DNA from: an uncultured Pelagibacteraceae bacterium | GTDB lineage: Bacteria; Pseudomonadota; Alphaproteobacteria; Pelagibacterales; Pelagibacteraceae | Direction: 5' to 3' | DNA length: 64,000 nucleotides | Assembly (NCBI GenBank): GCA_902570425.1 | Contig: CACFYB010000003.1 | Coordinates: 82,134 to 146,133, forward strand | In this document: piece after piece, positions 51,311 to 62,187 of the stretch | Layout: every line of letters starts with the position of its first letter | Position numbering within the stretch: position 1 is the first letter of the stretch | The notes under the pieces: generated by a model | The model's input: only the letters and a program-made list of their open reading frames with translations | The model's database searches: none | What the model was told of the DNA's origin: nothing | Program-made: the position numbers and the translations under genes

Positions 51311-52140
51311 TGACTAAAATTTATTTTCAAGGAACATATGGAGCATACTCGCATTTAGCAGCTTTATCAATTGATCCTGAAGCAGAAATTATACCCTGCA
51401 AAACTTTTGATGAATGTTTTACAAGGGCTTTAAAAGACTCTAATTCAAAAATAATTATCCCAGAGTCAAACAGAATTACAGGTAATATTGGAATAGAATA
51501 TTTGATATTCAAATATAGATTAAATATTTATTGCGAGTATTTTCAAAAAATTGAACATAATTTGCTTGTACTGCCAGGAACAAAAATATCTGATATAAAA
51601 AATGTATTTTCTCATTCTCAAGCGTTGTCTCAGTGCTCAAATTTTATAAAAGATAATAATTTTGTTGAGCATGTGAGGGCTGATACGGCAGGTTCTGCTG
51701 AAATGATCTCAAATGCAAATGACAAAAAAAATGCTGCCATTGCATCAACATTAAGTGCTAAAACTTATGGGTTAGAAATATTAAAAAAAAATATTGAAAA
51801 CGAAAAAGGTAATTTAACAAGATTTTTATTAATGGGCAAAAATATTTTACAACCAGAATATGGTAAAAGAAAATATATTACATCTTTTCTATTTAAATTA
51901 AAAAGCAAACCAGCAGCCCTATATCAAGCACTAGGGGGGTTTGCCATTAATGGAGTAAATTTGACTAAACTGCAAAGTTACCCTGAAAAAAATTCATTCG
52001 ACTCATATTTTTTTTTATGTGATTTAGATGGACATATTGAAAATGAAAAAGTTCAAAAATCTTTAGAGGAATTAGGTTTACATTGTCAGGATTTTCACGT
52101 TCTAGGTGTTTTTGAAGCTGACAAACTGAGAGAAAAATAA
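51310..52140 (+). CDS. pheA: Prephenate dehydratase
   Basis: FQG--GAYS, SHSQALSQC, TAGSA, TRF, ACT domain GVNLTKLQSYP. Confidence 0.93.
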   Translation: MTKIYFQGTYGAYSHLAALSIDPEAEIIPCKTFDECFTRALKDSNSKIIIPESNRITGNIGIEYLIFKYRLNIYCEYFQKIEHNLLVLPGTKISDIKNVFSHSQALSQCSNFIKDNNFVEHVRADTAGSAEMISNANDKKNAAIASTLSAKTYGLEILKKNIENEKGNLTRFLLMGKNILQPEYGKRKYITSFLFKLKSKPAALYQALGGFAINGVNLTKLQSYPEKNSFDSYFFLCDLDGHIENEKVQKSLEELGLHCQDFHVLGVFEADKLREK

Positions 52141-52154
52141 ATTTTAATCTTTTC

Positions 52155-52184
52155 TTGTAGAATAGAAATTTTTACTGCTATAAT
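52155..52184 (+). promoter_or_regulatory. Sigma70 promoter of ffs
   Basis: TTGTAG-18-TATAAT with extended TG, 6 nt before the RNA 5' end. Confidence 0.6.
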
Positions 52185-52190
52185 AGTTAT

Positions 52191-52272
52191 GGAGGCTAGG
52201 GCGTTTGCTGCATGAACCCGATCAGATCCTAACGGAAGCAATCGTAATGACAGTTTGACGGGTCTAGTCTCC
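52191..52272 (+). ncRNA. ffs: Signal recognition particle 4.5S RNA
   Basis: GC-rich long hairpin GGAGGCTAG...CTAGTCTCC; domain IV CAGATCC-TAAC-GGAAGCA; classic position upstream of dnaX. Confidence 0.9.
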
Positions 52273-52286
52273 TTAAGGGATAATGA

Positions 52287-53936
52287 ATGAATAAAAATTC
52301 TAAAGTTTTGGCACTTAAGTATCGTCCTCAAATATTTGAGGATTTGATTGGCCAAAATGTTATTACCGAAACAATTATTAATTCAATTAAATCTAATAAA
52401 GTTCCAAATGCTTATCTTTTTACTGGTATTCGTGGTGTAGGCAAAACAACAATAGCAAGAATAGTTGCTAAGTCACTCAATTGTACTAATGGAATAGAAA
52501 ATAAATGTAATGTTAAGTGTGAAAACTGTGACGCAATAACAAATTCAAATCATATTGATGTATTAGAAATGGATGCAGCAAGCAAAACAGGCGTAGACGA
52601 TGTTAGAGAATTAATTGAATTTTCAAGGTATGGGCCAACTTCTTCAAAATATAAGATATTTATAATAGATGAAGTTCATATGTTGAGTAAGCAGGCATTT
52701 AATGCACTATTAAAAACTTTAGAAGAACCACCAGAATATTTAAAATTTATTTTTGCTACCACAGAATTAAAAAAAATACCAATTACAGTGGTTTCTAGAT
52801 GTCAAAGATTTGATTTATCTAGAATTAAATCAAGTGATTTATTTGATTATATAAAAAAAATAAAAGATAAGGAAAATGGCAACATTTCTGATGAAGCCTT
52901 GAAATTAATCGTTAAAATATCTGAAGGTTCTGTTCGAGATGCTTTATCTTTACTAGATAGAGGGCTTTTATCTTTAGATAATGGAAAAGAATTAGACCTT
53001 AATACTGCACAAAAAATTTTTGGTTATTTTGATAAATCTCAACTCATAGAAATATTTAGATTGATTTTACAAGGCAATGAAACCAAGGTTATAGAAATTT
53101 ATAGAAAGATTTATGATCAAGGTATTGAACCTAAAGTTTTTATGAATGATTTTTTAGAGTTAATATATTACTTTAAAAATATTAACTCACTAACATTAGA
53201 AAATACAAATTTTTCATTGAATGATAGAGAATTTTCTGAAATTAAGGATTTGTCAAATAAGATAGATAGTAAAATATTAATTTTATTTTGGCAATTTGCA
53301 ATTAAAACTTTAGATGAATTAGATGTTGTTTCAAATCAAAATTTATCATTAGAAATGTTTTTGATGAGATTGATGTATTTACATTCCCAGAATATACACA
53401 AAGATCCTTTAAAGAAGGAAAGTTTTAAAAATTTAACAGAGGAAAACTTTGAAATTAAAAAAGAACATGATTTAAAAGCCGATACAATTAATCAAATTAA
53501 AAATGTTACACAAGAAAAAAAAGTTAAAGTTGAAAATCAAGCAGAAATAAAAGCAGAAAACGAATTATTAATAAAATCGTTCGAAAAACTTTTGAATGTT
53601 TGTAATGATAAAAAAGAAATGAAACTTAAATATGAACTAGAGAAAAATGTAAATTTAGTTAGCTTTGAAAAAAATAGAATAGAAATATCTTTTAATGATA
53701 ATCTTGATAAAAATTTTGTAAAAGAGTTGTCATTAAAACTCTTTGAGTGGACAGGCCAAAGATGGATTATTACTTTAAGTAAACAAAAAGGAGAAATTAC
53801 AATAAAAGAAAAAGAAAAAAACAAAAAAATAGAATTGATAAAAAAAACCAAAGATACAAAATTATATAAAAATGTTTTAGAAAAATTCCCAGATGCAAAT
53901 TTAATTGATATAACTTCTGATCAGGAGAAGGATTAA
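52287..53936 (+). CDS. dnaX: DNA polymerase III gamma/tau
   Basis: LKYRP, GIRGVGKT, DAAS, IIDEVHML, SRCQ, GSVRDA. Confidence 0.97.
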   Translation: MNKNSKVLALKYRPQIFEDLIGQNVITETIINSIKSNKVPNAYLFTGIRGVGKTTIARIVAKSLNCTNGIENKCNVKCENCDAITNSNHIDVLEMDAASKTGVDDVRELIEFSRYGPTSSKYKIFIIDEVHMLSKQAFNALLKTLEEPPEYLKFIFATTELKKIPITVVSRCQRFDLSRIKSSDLFDYIKKIKDKENGNISDEALKLIVKISEGSVRDALSLLDRGLLSLDNGKELDLNTAQKIFGYFDKSQLIEIFRLILQGNETKVIEIYRKIYDQGIEPKVFMNDFLELIYYFKNINSLTLENTNFSLNDREFSEIKDLSNKIDSKILILFWQFAIKTLDELDVVSNQNLSLEMFLMRLMYLHSQNIHKDPLKKESFKNLTEENFEIKKEHDLKADTINQIKNVTQEKKVKVENQAEIKAENELLIKSFEKLLNVCNDKKEMKLKYELEKNVNLVSFEKNRIEISFNDNLDKNFVKELSLKLFEWTGQRWIITLSKQKGEITIKEKEKNKKIELIKKTKDTKLYKNVLEKFPDANLIDITSDQEKD

Positions 53937-53939
53937 TAG

Positions 53940-54257
53940 ATGACGGACTTTACAAAAATATTAGATAAGGCTAAAGAAATTGAACTTAAAATGAAAGAAA
54001 GTCAGGAAAACATTAAAAAAATTAAAGTTGAAGGAATTTCAGGGTCTGGCTCTGTTAAAGTTGTTCTAGATGGAGAGGGAGAGATGTGTAAAATCGAAAT
54101 ATCAGATGAAATTTTGAAAGAAGATAAAGTTATTGTCGAAGACTTAATAATTGCAGCTCATAATAAGGCAAAAGCCGAATTAAAATTAAAAACAAATGAA
54201 GAAATCTCTAAAACAGCAGGTGGATTTAATATTCCTGGATTTAAATGGCCATTATAA
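53940..54257 (+). CDS. ybaB: YbaB/EbfC nucleoid-associated protein
   Basis: G-SGSGSV-V, EDLIIAA-N; dnaX-ybaB-recR order. Confidence 0.92.
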   Translation: MTDFTKILDKAKEIELKMKESQENIKKIKVEGISGSGSVKVVLDGEGEMCKIEISDEILKEDKVIVEDLIIAAHNKAKAELKLKTNEEISKTAGGFNIPGFKWPL

Positions 54258-54260
54258 AAG

Positions 54261-54878
54261 ATGCAAAATGTCAAAGAAATAGAGGAATTAATTAAGATTA
54301 TTTCAAAGTTACCAGGTTTGGGGCCAAAATCCGCAAAAAGAATAGTTTTAAAATTAATAAATAACAAAGACGAAATTATAAAACCAATGACAAAAGCATT
54401 AGCTGATTTTTATAAAAATATTGTAAGATGTAAAATTTGTGGAATTTCAAAATCAGTTTCTTTTGAATGTAGTTATACTAATTGTCAAGTTTTAGATAAA
54501 AAATATGATAAGATCTGTGTAGTTGAAAATATCTCAGATCAGTGGAGTATAGAAAGTTCGAGCATATATAGTGGTTATTATCATATCCTTGGAGGCAATA
54601 TTTCTTCAGTAGGACAAAATAAAGATAACCTCTTGTTAGACTCTTTATTAGAAAGGGTAAAAAGAGGTAAAATTGAAGAGGTAATTTTAGCTACAAGTGC
54701 AACTGTAGAAGGTCAGACAACCGCTTATTATATTCAAGAGAGTCTCAAAAAAACTAATGTAAAAGTCACAAGACTGGCTCAAGGTTTACCTGTTGGAGGC
54801 GAAATAGAAAATTTAGATGATGGAACTTTATTTTCTGCGTTTAAAAATAGATTAAATTTGAACTCTAATTCAGACTAA
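54261..54878 (+). CDS. recR: Recombination mediator RecR
   Basis: [10 protein letters not shown], Cys finger, [23 protein letters not shown]. Confidence 0.96.
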   Translation: MQNVKEIEELIKIISKLPGLGPKSAKRIVLKLINNKDEIIKPMTKALADFYKNIVRCKICGISKSVSFECSYTNCQVLDKKYDKICVVENISDQWSIESSSIYSGYYHILGGNISSVGQNKDNLLLDSLLERVKRGKIEEVILATSATVEGQTTAYYIQESLKKTNVKVTRLAQGLPVGGEIENLDDGTLFSAFKNRLNLNSNSD

Positions 54879-57023
54879 TTTTTTTTTAATTCTATTTAAA
54901 TGTAAAAGTGGCTCAGTATAGCCTGAGGGTTGTTCCCTTCCCTTAAAAATTAAATCACATGCTGTTTGAAATGCTATTGATTGATCATAATTATCACTCA
55001 TTTTAACGTAATTTTTGTCACCTTCATTTTGTTTATCTACAACTTTTGCCATGGCTTTCATAATTTCTGTGACCTGTATTTTTGTTGTAATACCATGATG
55101 AATCCAGTTTGCTATATGTTGTGAAGAAATTCTCAAAGTAGCCCTGTCCTCCATCAGACCAATGTTATTTATATCAGGTACTTTTGAACAACCAACCCCT
55201 TGATCAATCCATCTTACTACATATCCTAAAATAGTCTGAGCAGAATTTGAAATTTCTGAATTTATTTCATCTACTGACCAATTTGGTCGATCTGCTATAG
55301 GCAAAGTTAAAAGATCATCCAATTTTGCTTTATCTCGATTTAAAATTTTTTTTTGTTCACTAAAGATATCTATTTGGTGGTAATGGAGAGCATGCAAGGA
55401 AGCAGCAGTTGGTGAGGGAACCCATGCACAATTAGCTCCAGCTTTTAAATGTCCAATTTTTTCTACCATCATCTGTTTCATCATATCCGGAGCAGCCCAC
55501 ATTCCTTTACCAATTTGAGCTTTGCCAAAAAAACCACATTCTAAACCAACATCTACATTGTTGTTTTCATATGCCGAAATCCACTTAGATGATTTCATAT
55601 CACCTTTTTTAATCATTGGTCCACTTTCCATAGATGTATGCATTTCATCACCAGTACGATCTAAAAAACCAGTGTTGATAAAAAAAACTCTATTTTTTAA
55701 AGTTCTAATACATTCCTTTAAATTTGCTGAAGTTCTTCTTTCTTCATCCATAATACCGATCTTGCATGTATTTTTTTGTAAGTTGAGTGTTTCTTCGACT
55801 TTAGTAAAAATTAAATCAGTAAATGCAGTCTCCTCTGGACCATGCATTTTTGGTTTAACAATGTAAATAGAACCAGCTCTTGAATTTTTTTTTCTTTTTA
55901 AATCATGAAGAGCTGCAGCTGTGGTTATAAATGCATCCATAATTCCTTCAGGCACTTCATTACCATCTTTTAAAATTATTGCTGAATTAGTCATTAAATG
56001 ACCAACATTTCTGATTAAGAGTAAACTTCTACCTTGTAATTTTAATCCTTTTCCATCTTTTGATATATAGCTTCTATCTGGATTTAACTTTCTCTCTAAA
56101 ATCTTACCTTTTTTTTCAAATTGAATTTTTAAATTACCTTTCATTAGACCAAGCCAATTTTTATAACAGTAAACTTTATCCTCAGCATCAACTGCAGCAA
56201 CACTATCCTCATTATCACAAATCGTTGACACAGCAGATTCTGCAATAACATCACTAATACCAGCAATATCATGAGCTGCACTAAAAGCTCTTGGATTTAT
56301 AATAATTTCAAAATGGAGTTTGTTATTTTGTAATATTACAGCTTCGGGTTTATTTACATCACCTCTATGACCTATAAATTTATGTGTATCTTTTAATTTG
56401 TACTCATAGTCCCCTTTTAAGATTATCAAATCTCCATTTACTATTTTTAAACCAGTAATGTTCTTCCAACTAGTCCCATCAATTGGAATATATTTATCTA
56501 AAAATTCTCTTACATATTTGATTACCTCTTGACCACGATTTGGATCGTATCTTTCACTTCCACCTTCTTCGGACTCTATTATATCTGTCCCATACAAACT
56601 GTCATATAAACTCACCCAACGGGCGTTAGCTGCATTTAATGCATATCTTGCGTTCATTATTGGAACTACTAATTGTGGTCCAGCAATTTTTGTTATTTCA
56701 TCATCTACATTATTCGTTTCAATTTTAAAATTTGATCCAGTATCAACTAAATAGCCTATTTTTTTAAGAAATTTTTTATATTCATTAATGTTAATTTCTT
56801 TGCCTTTATTTTGAATGTGCCAATCATCAATTTTTTTTTGTAAATCTTTTCTTTTTTCCAGTAATTCTTTATTTTTTGGTGCAAGTTCATGCACTGACCT
56901 ATCAAAGCCAGACCAGAATCTTTCTGGGTTTATATTTGTCTCTACTAATAATTCTTCGTTTACAAATTTTACTAAATTTTCAGAAACTTTAAGATTTCCT
57001 ATATCAATGTAATTTATATTCAT
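54870..57023 (-). CDS. glcB: Malate synthase G
   Basis: [52 protein letters not shown]. Confidence 0.97.
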   Translation of the reverse strand: MNINYIDIGNLKVSENLVKFVNEELLVETNINPERFWSGFDRSVHELAPKNKELLEKRKDLQKKIDDWHIQNKGKEININEYKKFLKKIGYLVDTGSNFKIETNNVDDEITKIAGPQLVVPIMNARYALNAANARWVSLYDSLYGTDIIESEEGGSERYDPNRGQEVIKYVREFLDKYIPIDGTSWKNITGLKIVNGDLIILKGDYEYKLKDTHKFIGHRGDVNKPEAVILQNNKLHFEIIINPRAFSAAHDIAGISDVIAESAVSTICDNEDSVAAVDAEDKVYCYKNWLGLMKGNLKIQFEKKGKILERKLNPDRSYISKDGKGLKLQGRSLLLIRNVGHLMTNSAIILKDGNEVPEGIMDAFITTAAALHDLKRKKNSRAGSIYIVKPKMHGPEETAFTDLIFTKVEETLNLQKNTCKIGIMDEERRTSANLKECIRTLKNRVFFINTGFLDRTGDEMHTSMESGPMIKKGDMKSSKWISAYENNNVDVGLECGFFGKAQIGKGMWAAPDMMKQMMVEKIGHLKAGANCAWVPSPTAASLHALHYHQIDIFSEQKKILNRDKAKLDDLLTLPIADRPNWSVDEINSEISNSAQTILGYVVRWIDQGVGCSKVPDINNIGLMEDRATLRISSQHIANWIHHGITTKIQVTEIMKAMAKVVDKQNEGDKNYVKMSDNYDQSIAFQTACDLIFKGREQPSGYTEPLLHLNRIKKKLV

Positions 57024-57063
57024 CAGTTCTTTTCTAAAACTCCTGTAAAATTAAGTCAAATAA

Positions 57064-57103
57064 TTTATAGAAGTATTGACATTTTATTGTCATTTTTCAT
57101 AAT
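57064..57103. promoter_or_regulatory. Overlapping divergent promoters or palindromic operator for glcB/accA
   Basis: TGACA-N6-TGTCA at 57077-57092; TTGACA-16-CATAAT toward accA; ATGACA-18-TATAAA toward glcB. Confidence 0.45.
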
Positions 57104-57123
57104 TAAGTAATTTTAAAGAATAA

Positions 57124-58221
57124 ATGAAAAACTACCTAAATTTTGAAACTGATATAAAAGATTTGGAAAATGAGTTAGAAAAACTTAAAGATCCATATAA
57201 CCAAAGTGGTCTTTCAGAAGTCGACACTCAAAAAATTTCTAAAACACAAGATGAATTAGATGAGAAATTAAAATCAATTTATTCTAACTTAGATCCTTGG
57301 CAAACAACTATGGTTGCTAGACATGAGGATAGACCCAAATCCAAATTTTTTATAGATAATCTTTTTGAGGATTTTATTTCTTTATCTGGTGATAGATATT
57401 ATGGTGAGGATAAATCTGTTTTAACAGGTTTTGCAAAGTTTTATGGTAAATCTGTTTTAGTTATTGGACAAGAAAAAGGTCAAGATTTAGATAGTAGAAT
57501 TGAGAGAAATTTTGGAATGATGAGGCCAGAAGGTTATAGAAAAACAATTCGTTTAATGGAATTAGCAGATAAATTTAAAATTCCAATTATATCTTTTATA
57601 GATACACCAGGTGCATATCCAGGTGTAGGTGCTGAGGAAAGAGGGCAAGCGGAGGCAATTGCTAGATCAATAGAGTGCTGTATGAAATTAAAAGTTCCTA
57701 CTATTTCAATTGTAATTGGGGAAGGCGGATCAGGTGGAGCAATTGCTTTAGCATCCTCAAATAAAGTTGTTATGTTAGAGAATGCAATATATTCAGTTAT
57801 ATCTCCAGAGGGCTGTGCAACAATTTTGTGGAGAGATCCAAAAAAAATGCTTGATGCTGCCAAAGCAATGAAACTTTCAGCAAAGGATTTGTTAGAGTTA
57901 AATGTTATCGATGAAATTATTCAAGAACCAATTGGTGGAGCTCATCGAGATAAAGATAAAACTTTACAAAATGTAAAAAATTCAATTATCTATAATTTAA
58001 AAACATATGAGCAGATGACTAGTGAAGAAATAATTAATGAAAGAAAAAATAAATTTTTAAAAATTGGAAGAGATAAAGGATTTATTGATAGCACAGATGA
58101 ATTAAGTAGCTTAGATTATAAGAAAGCTTCTTTTCAAAGTATATTAAAATCAAAAAAAAATCTTATAATATTTTCAACAGTTTTAGTTATTTTGCTTATT
58201 TCTCTTTTGATAATAATATAA
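57124..58221 (+). CDS. accA: Acetyl-CoA carboxylase carboxyltransferase alpha
   Basis: ARH--RP, RNFGM--PEGYRK, DTPGAYPG, GEGGSGGA, ISPEGCA; hydrophobic C-terminal tail. Confidence 0.96.
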   Translation: MKNYLNFETDIKDLENELEKLKDPYNQSGLSEVDTQKISKTQDELDEKLKSIYSNLDPWQTTMVARHEDRPKSKFFIDNLFEDFISLSGDRYYGEDKSVLTGFAKFYGKSVLVIGQEKGQDLDSRIERNFGMMRPEGYRKTIRLMELADKFKIPIISFIDTPGAYPGVGAEERGQAEAIARSIECCMKLKVPTISIVIGEGGSGGAIALASSNKVVMLENAIYSVISPEGCATILWRDPKKMLDAAKAMKLSAKDLLELNVIDEIIQEPIGGAHRDKDKTLQNVKNSIIYNLKTYEQMTSEEIINERKNKFLKIGRDKGFIDSTDELSSLDYKKASFQSILKSKKNLIIFSTVLVILLISLLIII

Positions 58222-60780
58222 CTATATCGCTCCACAACAATTTTTGAATTTTTTACCCGTAGCTTCACACCTGTCGTTTCTTGATATTTTTTGTCCTTTT
58301 TTAGAAATTAATAAACACTTGGGATTATTTACAATATCCTCGGACTTTTCCTGTCTTTTAACTGGTTCATTAATTATTTTAAGATTAAAAAGTATTGTAA
58401 TAAAATCTAACTTTAATTTATCTAATAAATTTTCAAATAAATCAAAAGCTTCTTTTTTATATTCAATTAAGGGATCTCTTTGACCATACGATCTTAATCC
58501 AATTACTTGCCTTAATTGTTCTAAATATTGAATATGAGATTTCCAATTAAGATCTATTGATTGTAAAAATATTCTTTTCTCTAATTCATTTACTTGTTTT
58601 TCTCCAATTAAATTTATTCTTTCTTCACGAATTTTTTTGAATTCCTTTATAATATTTGTTTTAATCTCATTATTGTTCAATTTTAACAAATTTTCTAAGT
58701 CATTTTTATCAAAATTTTTACCTATAATCATTTTTATTCTGTTTGAAAAATCTTTATTTTGTTCTACTGATAATTTTTGACCTTTAGTTTTTATTAAATC
58801 ATCTAATATTCCATTCAAAAAAACTTCAGAATATTCATAAATATTTTCATTTTTGATAGCATTTTTTCTTTGTGAAAAAATTACATGTCTTTGATCATTT
58901 AACACATTATCAAATTTAATAAGTGTTTTTCTAATATCAAAATTTCTAGCCTCAACTTTTTGTTGTGCTCTCTCAAGAGCTTTATTTATCCAAGGGTGAT
59001 CAATGCTTTCCCCATCTTTTAAGCCTAGTTTTTCAAGCATATTGTTCATAGTTTCTGATCCAAAAATTCTCATCAAGTCGTCCTCTAAACTTACAAAAAA
59101 AATAGAATTGCCCTCATCTCCCTGACGTCCTGATCTTCCTCTTGCTTGATTGTCAACTCTTCTAGACTCCATTCTCTCTGTCCCTATAACAAATAAACCT
59201 CCCAAAGATTTTACTTTTTCTTTATTTTTTGAGAGAAGACTTTGATTAATTGACCCCTTCTTTCCACCTAATTGAATATCAACTCCTCTACCAGAAATAC
59301 TTGTTGTAATAATTACTGATTTTTCTTTACCAGCATTTGCAATAACCTCAGCTTCATTTTCATGATTTTTTGCATTTAGAACTTCATGTTTAATTCTTTC
59401 TTTTTGTAATAATTGAGAATAAGTCTCAGACTTATTTATACTAGATGTAAAAATTAAAAGAGGCTGACCTAAATTGTGACATTGTTTAATTTTTTCAATT
59501 ATTGCAATATTTTTTTCTTTTTCAGTTCTAAATATTTGATCATTAAAATCCTTTCTTATCATATCTTTATTTGTAGGAATTATTACAACGGCCAAGTTAT
59601 AAATTTCCAAAAACTCTTCTGCTTCTGTCGCGGCAGTCCCTGTGCAGCCAGATATTTTTTTGTAAAGTTTAAAATAATTTTGATAAGTGATTGATGCTAA
59701 TGTTTGATTTTCTGCTTGTACTTCTACTTTCTCTTTAGCTTCTAAAGCTTGATGAAGTCCATCACCAAATCTTCTTCCCTCTAGAATTCTACCTGTTAAC
59801 TCATCAATAATTTTTAATGTATTATCTTTAACTATATAATCTTTTCCTTTTTCAAAAAGATGATTTGCTCTTAAAGCTTGGTTAACATGATGAACTAAAT
59901 TTAGATTTTCTGGATCATAGAAATTGTTGTTTTTTAATATACCTGCATTTGAGAAAATTTTTTCAACATTATTAATCCCCTCATTTGTTAGAAGTATATT
60001 TCGATCTTTTTCGTCTATCTCAAAATCTTCTTTTTTTAAAAGCCTAACCAATTTGTCGATAGCTAAATATTGGTTAGTTTTATCTTCCGCAGCACCAGAA
60101 ATTACTAATGGTGTTCTTGCCTCATCAATCAAACAAGAGTCTATTTCATCAACAATTGAAAAATAATGTTCTCTTTGAACCATTTCTTCCTCTGAATATT
60201 TCATATTGTCTCTTAAATAATCAAAGCCGAGCTCACTATTAGTTGCATATGTGATATCACAATTATAATTTTTTTTTCTTTCAATATCATTTTGATCATT
60301 ATTTATGTATCCAGAAGAAAGTCCTAAAAAATTATATATTTCACCCATCTCTTGAGAATCTCTTTTAGCCAAGTAATCATTTACAGTTACTATATGAACA
60401 CCTTTTTCATAAAGAGCATTTAGATAAGCTGCTAGAGTAATTGTTAACGTTTTTCCCTCTCCAGTTCTCATTTCAGCTATTTTTGCCTCATGAAGGACAA
60501 CACCACCAATTAATTGAACATTGAAATGTCTTTCATTTCTTTTTCTTCTTGCGGCTTCTCTTACTAGCGCAAAGGCCTCGGGTAAAATTTCGTTTATTTT
60601 TTTTCCCTCTTTTATAAGTTTTTTAAACTCATTGGTCTTTTTGGGAAATTCTTCATCTTTTAGGATTTTAACATTTTCCTCAAGTGAGTTAATTTTTTCA
60701 ACAATTTTATTAATTCTATCAAGTTCTTTCTGATTGGTAGATTTGATGAATCTTGAAATAAAATTTAAAGGATTTAGCAT
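58222..60780 (-). CDS. secA: Preprotein translocase ATPase SecA
   Basis: MRTGEGKT, VTVNDYLA, DEIDS, GLHQA-EAKE, GR-GRQGD-G, SEC-C-like tail. Confidence 0.97.
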   Translation of the reverse strand: MLNPLNFISRFIKSTNQKELDRINKIVEKINSLEENVKILKDEEFPKKTNEFKKLIKEGKKINEILPEAFALVREAARRKRNERHFNVQLIGGVVLHEAKIAEMRTGEGKTLTITLAAYLNALYEKGVHIVTVNDYLAKRDSQEMGEIYNFLGLSSGYINNDQNDIERKKNYNCDITYATNSELGFDYLRDNMKYSEEEMVQREHYFSIVDEIDSCLIDEARTPLVISGAAEDKTNQYLAIDKLVRLLKKEDFEIDEKDRNILLTNEGINNVEKIFSNAGILKNNNFYDPENLNLVHHVNQALRANHLFEKGKDYIVKDNTLKIIDELTGRILEGRRFGDGLHQALEAKEKVEVQAENQTLASITYQNYFKLYKKISGCTGTAATEAEEFLEIYNLAVVIIPTNKDMIRKDFNDQIFRTEKEKNIAIIEKIKQCHNLGQPLLIFTSSINKSETYSQLLQKERIKHEVLNAKNHENEAEVIANAGKEKSVIITTSISGRGVDIQLGGKKGSINQSLLSKNKEKVKSLGGLFVIGTERMESRRVDNQARGRSGRQGDEGNSIFFVSLEDDLMRIFGSETMNNMLEKLGLKDGESIDHPWINKALERAQQKVEARNFDIRKTLIKFDNVLNDQRHVIFSQRKNAIKNENIYEYSEVFLNGILDDLIKTKGQKLSVEQNKDFSNRIKMIIGKNFDKNDLENLLKLNNNEIKTNIIKEFKKIREERINLIGEKQVNELEKRIFLQSIDLNWKSHIQYLEQLRQVIGLRSYGQRDPLIEYKKEAFDLFENLLDKLKLDFITILFNLKIINEPVKRQEKSEDIVNNPKCLLISKKGQKISRNDRCEATGKKFKNCCGAI

Positions 60781-60845
60781 TAGTTTTTGATTTATTATTT
60801 ACTTATATACTTTAATATAATTATTAAATAAAATTTTTAAATACT

Positions 60846-62147
60846 ATGGGCATTAATTTAACTAATTTTCTATCATCCAAAACAAAGAATAGAAAAATGA
60901 GCGAATTTCAGGATTTAGATCATATTGATGGTGTATCAATAGCAACAACCTGTGCAAATTTGTATAATAATAATAGAGATGACTTAGCTATGTTTTACTT
61001 TAGAGATGGAGCAAACCATTCTACAGTTTATACACAATCTAAAATTATTTCTGAAAATATTAAATGGAATTTGAGTCATAAAACTAAAAAAATTTCATCA
61101 TTATTAGTAAATACGAGAAATGCAAATTGTTTTACTGGAAAGCAAGGTTATAAAAGCTTAGAAAAGATAGCTGAAGTTGTATCTCAAAAATTGTCTGAAA
61201 AACAAAATCAAGACGAGGAGTTCCCAAAAAAAATAAAACCAAAGGAAATTTTGTTTGGTTGCACTGGAACTATAGGTGAAATTTTTCCTGAGGAAAAAAT
61301 TAGAAATCATATTCCTGATTTAGTAGATAAAATAAAATATACACAGAATAAATATATTTGGATGAAAGCTGCTTTAGCAATTATGACAACAGATACAAGA
61401 CCAAAATTAGCTATGGAGGAATGTACTATTGGAAATACTCAAATTAAAATTTTTGGAATAGCTAAAGGATCTGGAATGATACAACCTAATATGGCAACGA
61501 CGTTGGGATATTTGTTCACTGATGCAGATATTTCAAATGATATTTTAAAAAAACTTTTAAAAAAAAATATTACAACAACTTTTAATGCAATTACTTGTGA
61601 TGGGGATACAAGCACTAATGACATGGTTACTATTTTTGCAACTGGTAAAGCAAAACATTCAAAAATTAATAATTTTCATGATGAAAAATTGAAAAAATTC
61701 GATGAAGCATTGAATAAAGTTTTATTAAATCTTGCAAAAAGAGTCGTCTCTGATGGAGAGGGTGCATCAAAATTTGTTATTATTAATGTGAGAAATTGTA
61801 AGAGTGATCACGACGCTAAGAAGATTGCTTTTTCCATAGGGAACTCACCATTAGTTAAGACCGCAATAGCTGGTGAAGACCCAAATTGGGGAAGAATTAT
61901 TATGGCGATAGGAAAAGCTGGAGTTCCAATAAACTTAGAAAAAATTTCTATCAGATTAGGAGATCTAAGTATAATTCAAAATGGAAAAATAAGTTCAAAT
62001 TACGATGAGGCATTTGCTTCAGATTATATGAGAAATGATACAATTGAGATTCATATAGATGCATCTTGTGGTTCAAAAAACTTTACAGCTTTTACAATGG
62101 ATTTTACCAAAAAATATATTGATATAAATGCAGATTATAGGTCATAG
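60846..62147 (+). CDS. argJ: Bifunctional ornithine acetyltransferase
   Basis: NANC-TG, IMTTDT, KGSGMI-PNMAT, DTSTND, DGEGA, DPNWGR, NADYRS. Confidence 0.96.
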   Translation: MGINLTNFLSSKTKNRKMSEFQDLDHIDGVSIATTCANLYNNNRDDLAMFYFRDGANHSTVYTQSKIISENIKWNLSHKTKKISSLLVNTRNANCFTGKQGYKSLEKIAEVVSQKLSEKQNQDEEFPKKIKPKEILFGCTGTIGEIFPEEKIRNHIPDLVDKIKYTQNKYIWMKAALAIMTTDTRPKLAMEECTIGNTQIKIFGIAKGSGMIQPNMATTLGYLFTDADISNDILKKLLKKNITTTFNAITCDGDTSTNDMVTIFATGKAKHSKINNFHDEKLKKFDEALNKVLLNLAKRVVSDGEGASKFVIINVRNCKSDHDAKKIAFSIGNSPLVKTAIAGEDPNWGRIIMAIGKAGVPINLEKISIRLGDLSIIQNGKISSNYDEAFASDYMRNDTIEIHIDASCGSKNFTAFTMDFTKKYIDINADYRS

Positions 62148-62187
62148 AAAATATTGAATTTAACAAAATTATTATTACATCCAGAAT

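Noticed and set aside
53511-53527. A8 run in dnaX with a -1-frame stop just after, near where a gamma subunit would end
   Set aside because: A8-A9 runs are everywhere in this genome, including earlier in dnaX, and I see no stimulatory hairpin or internal SD
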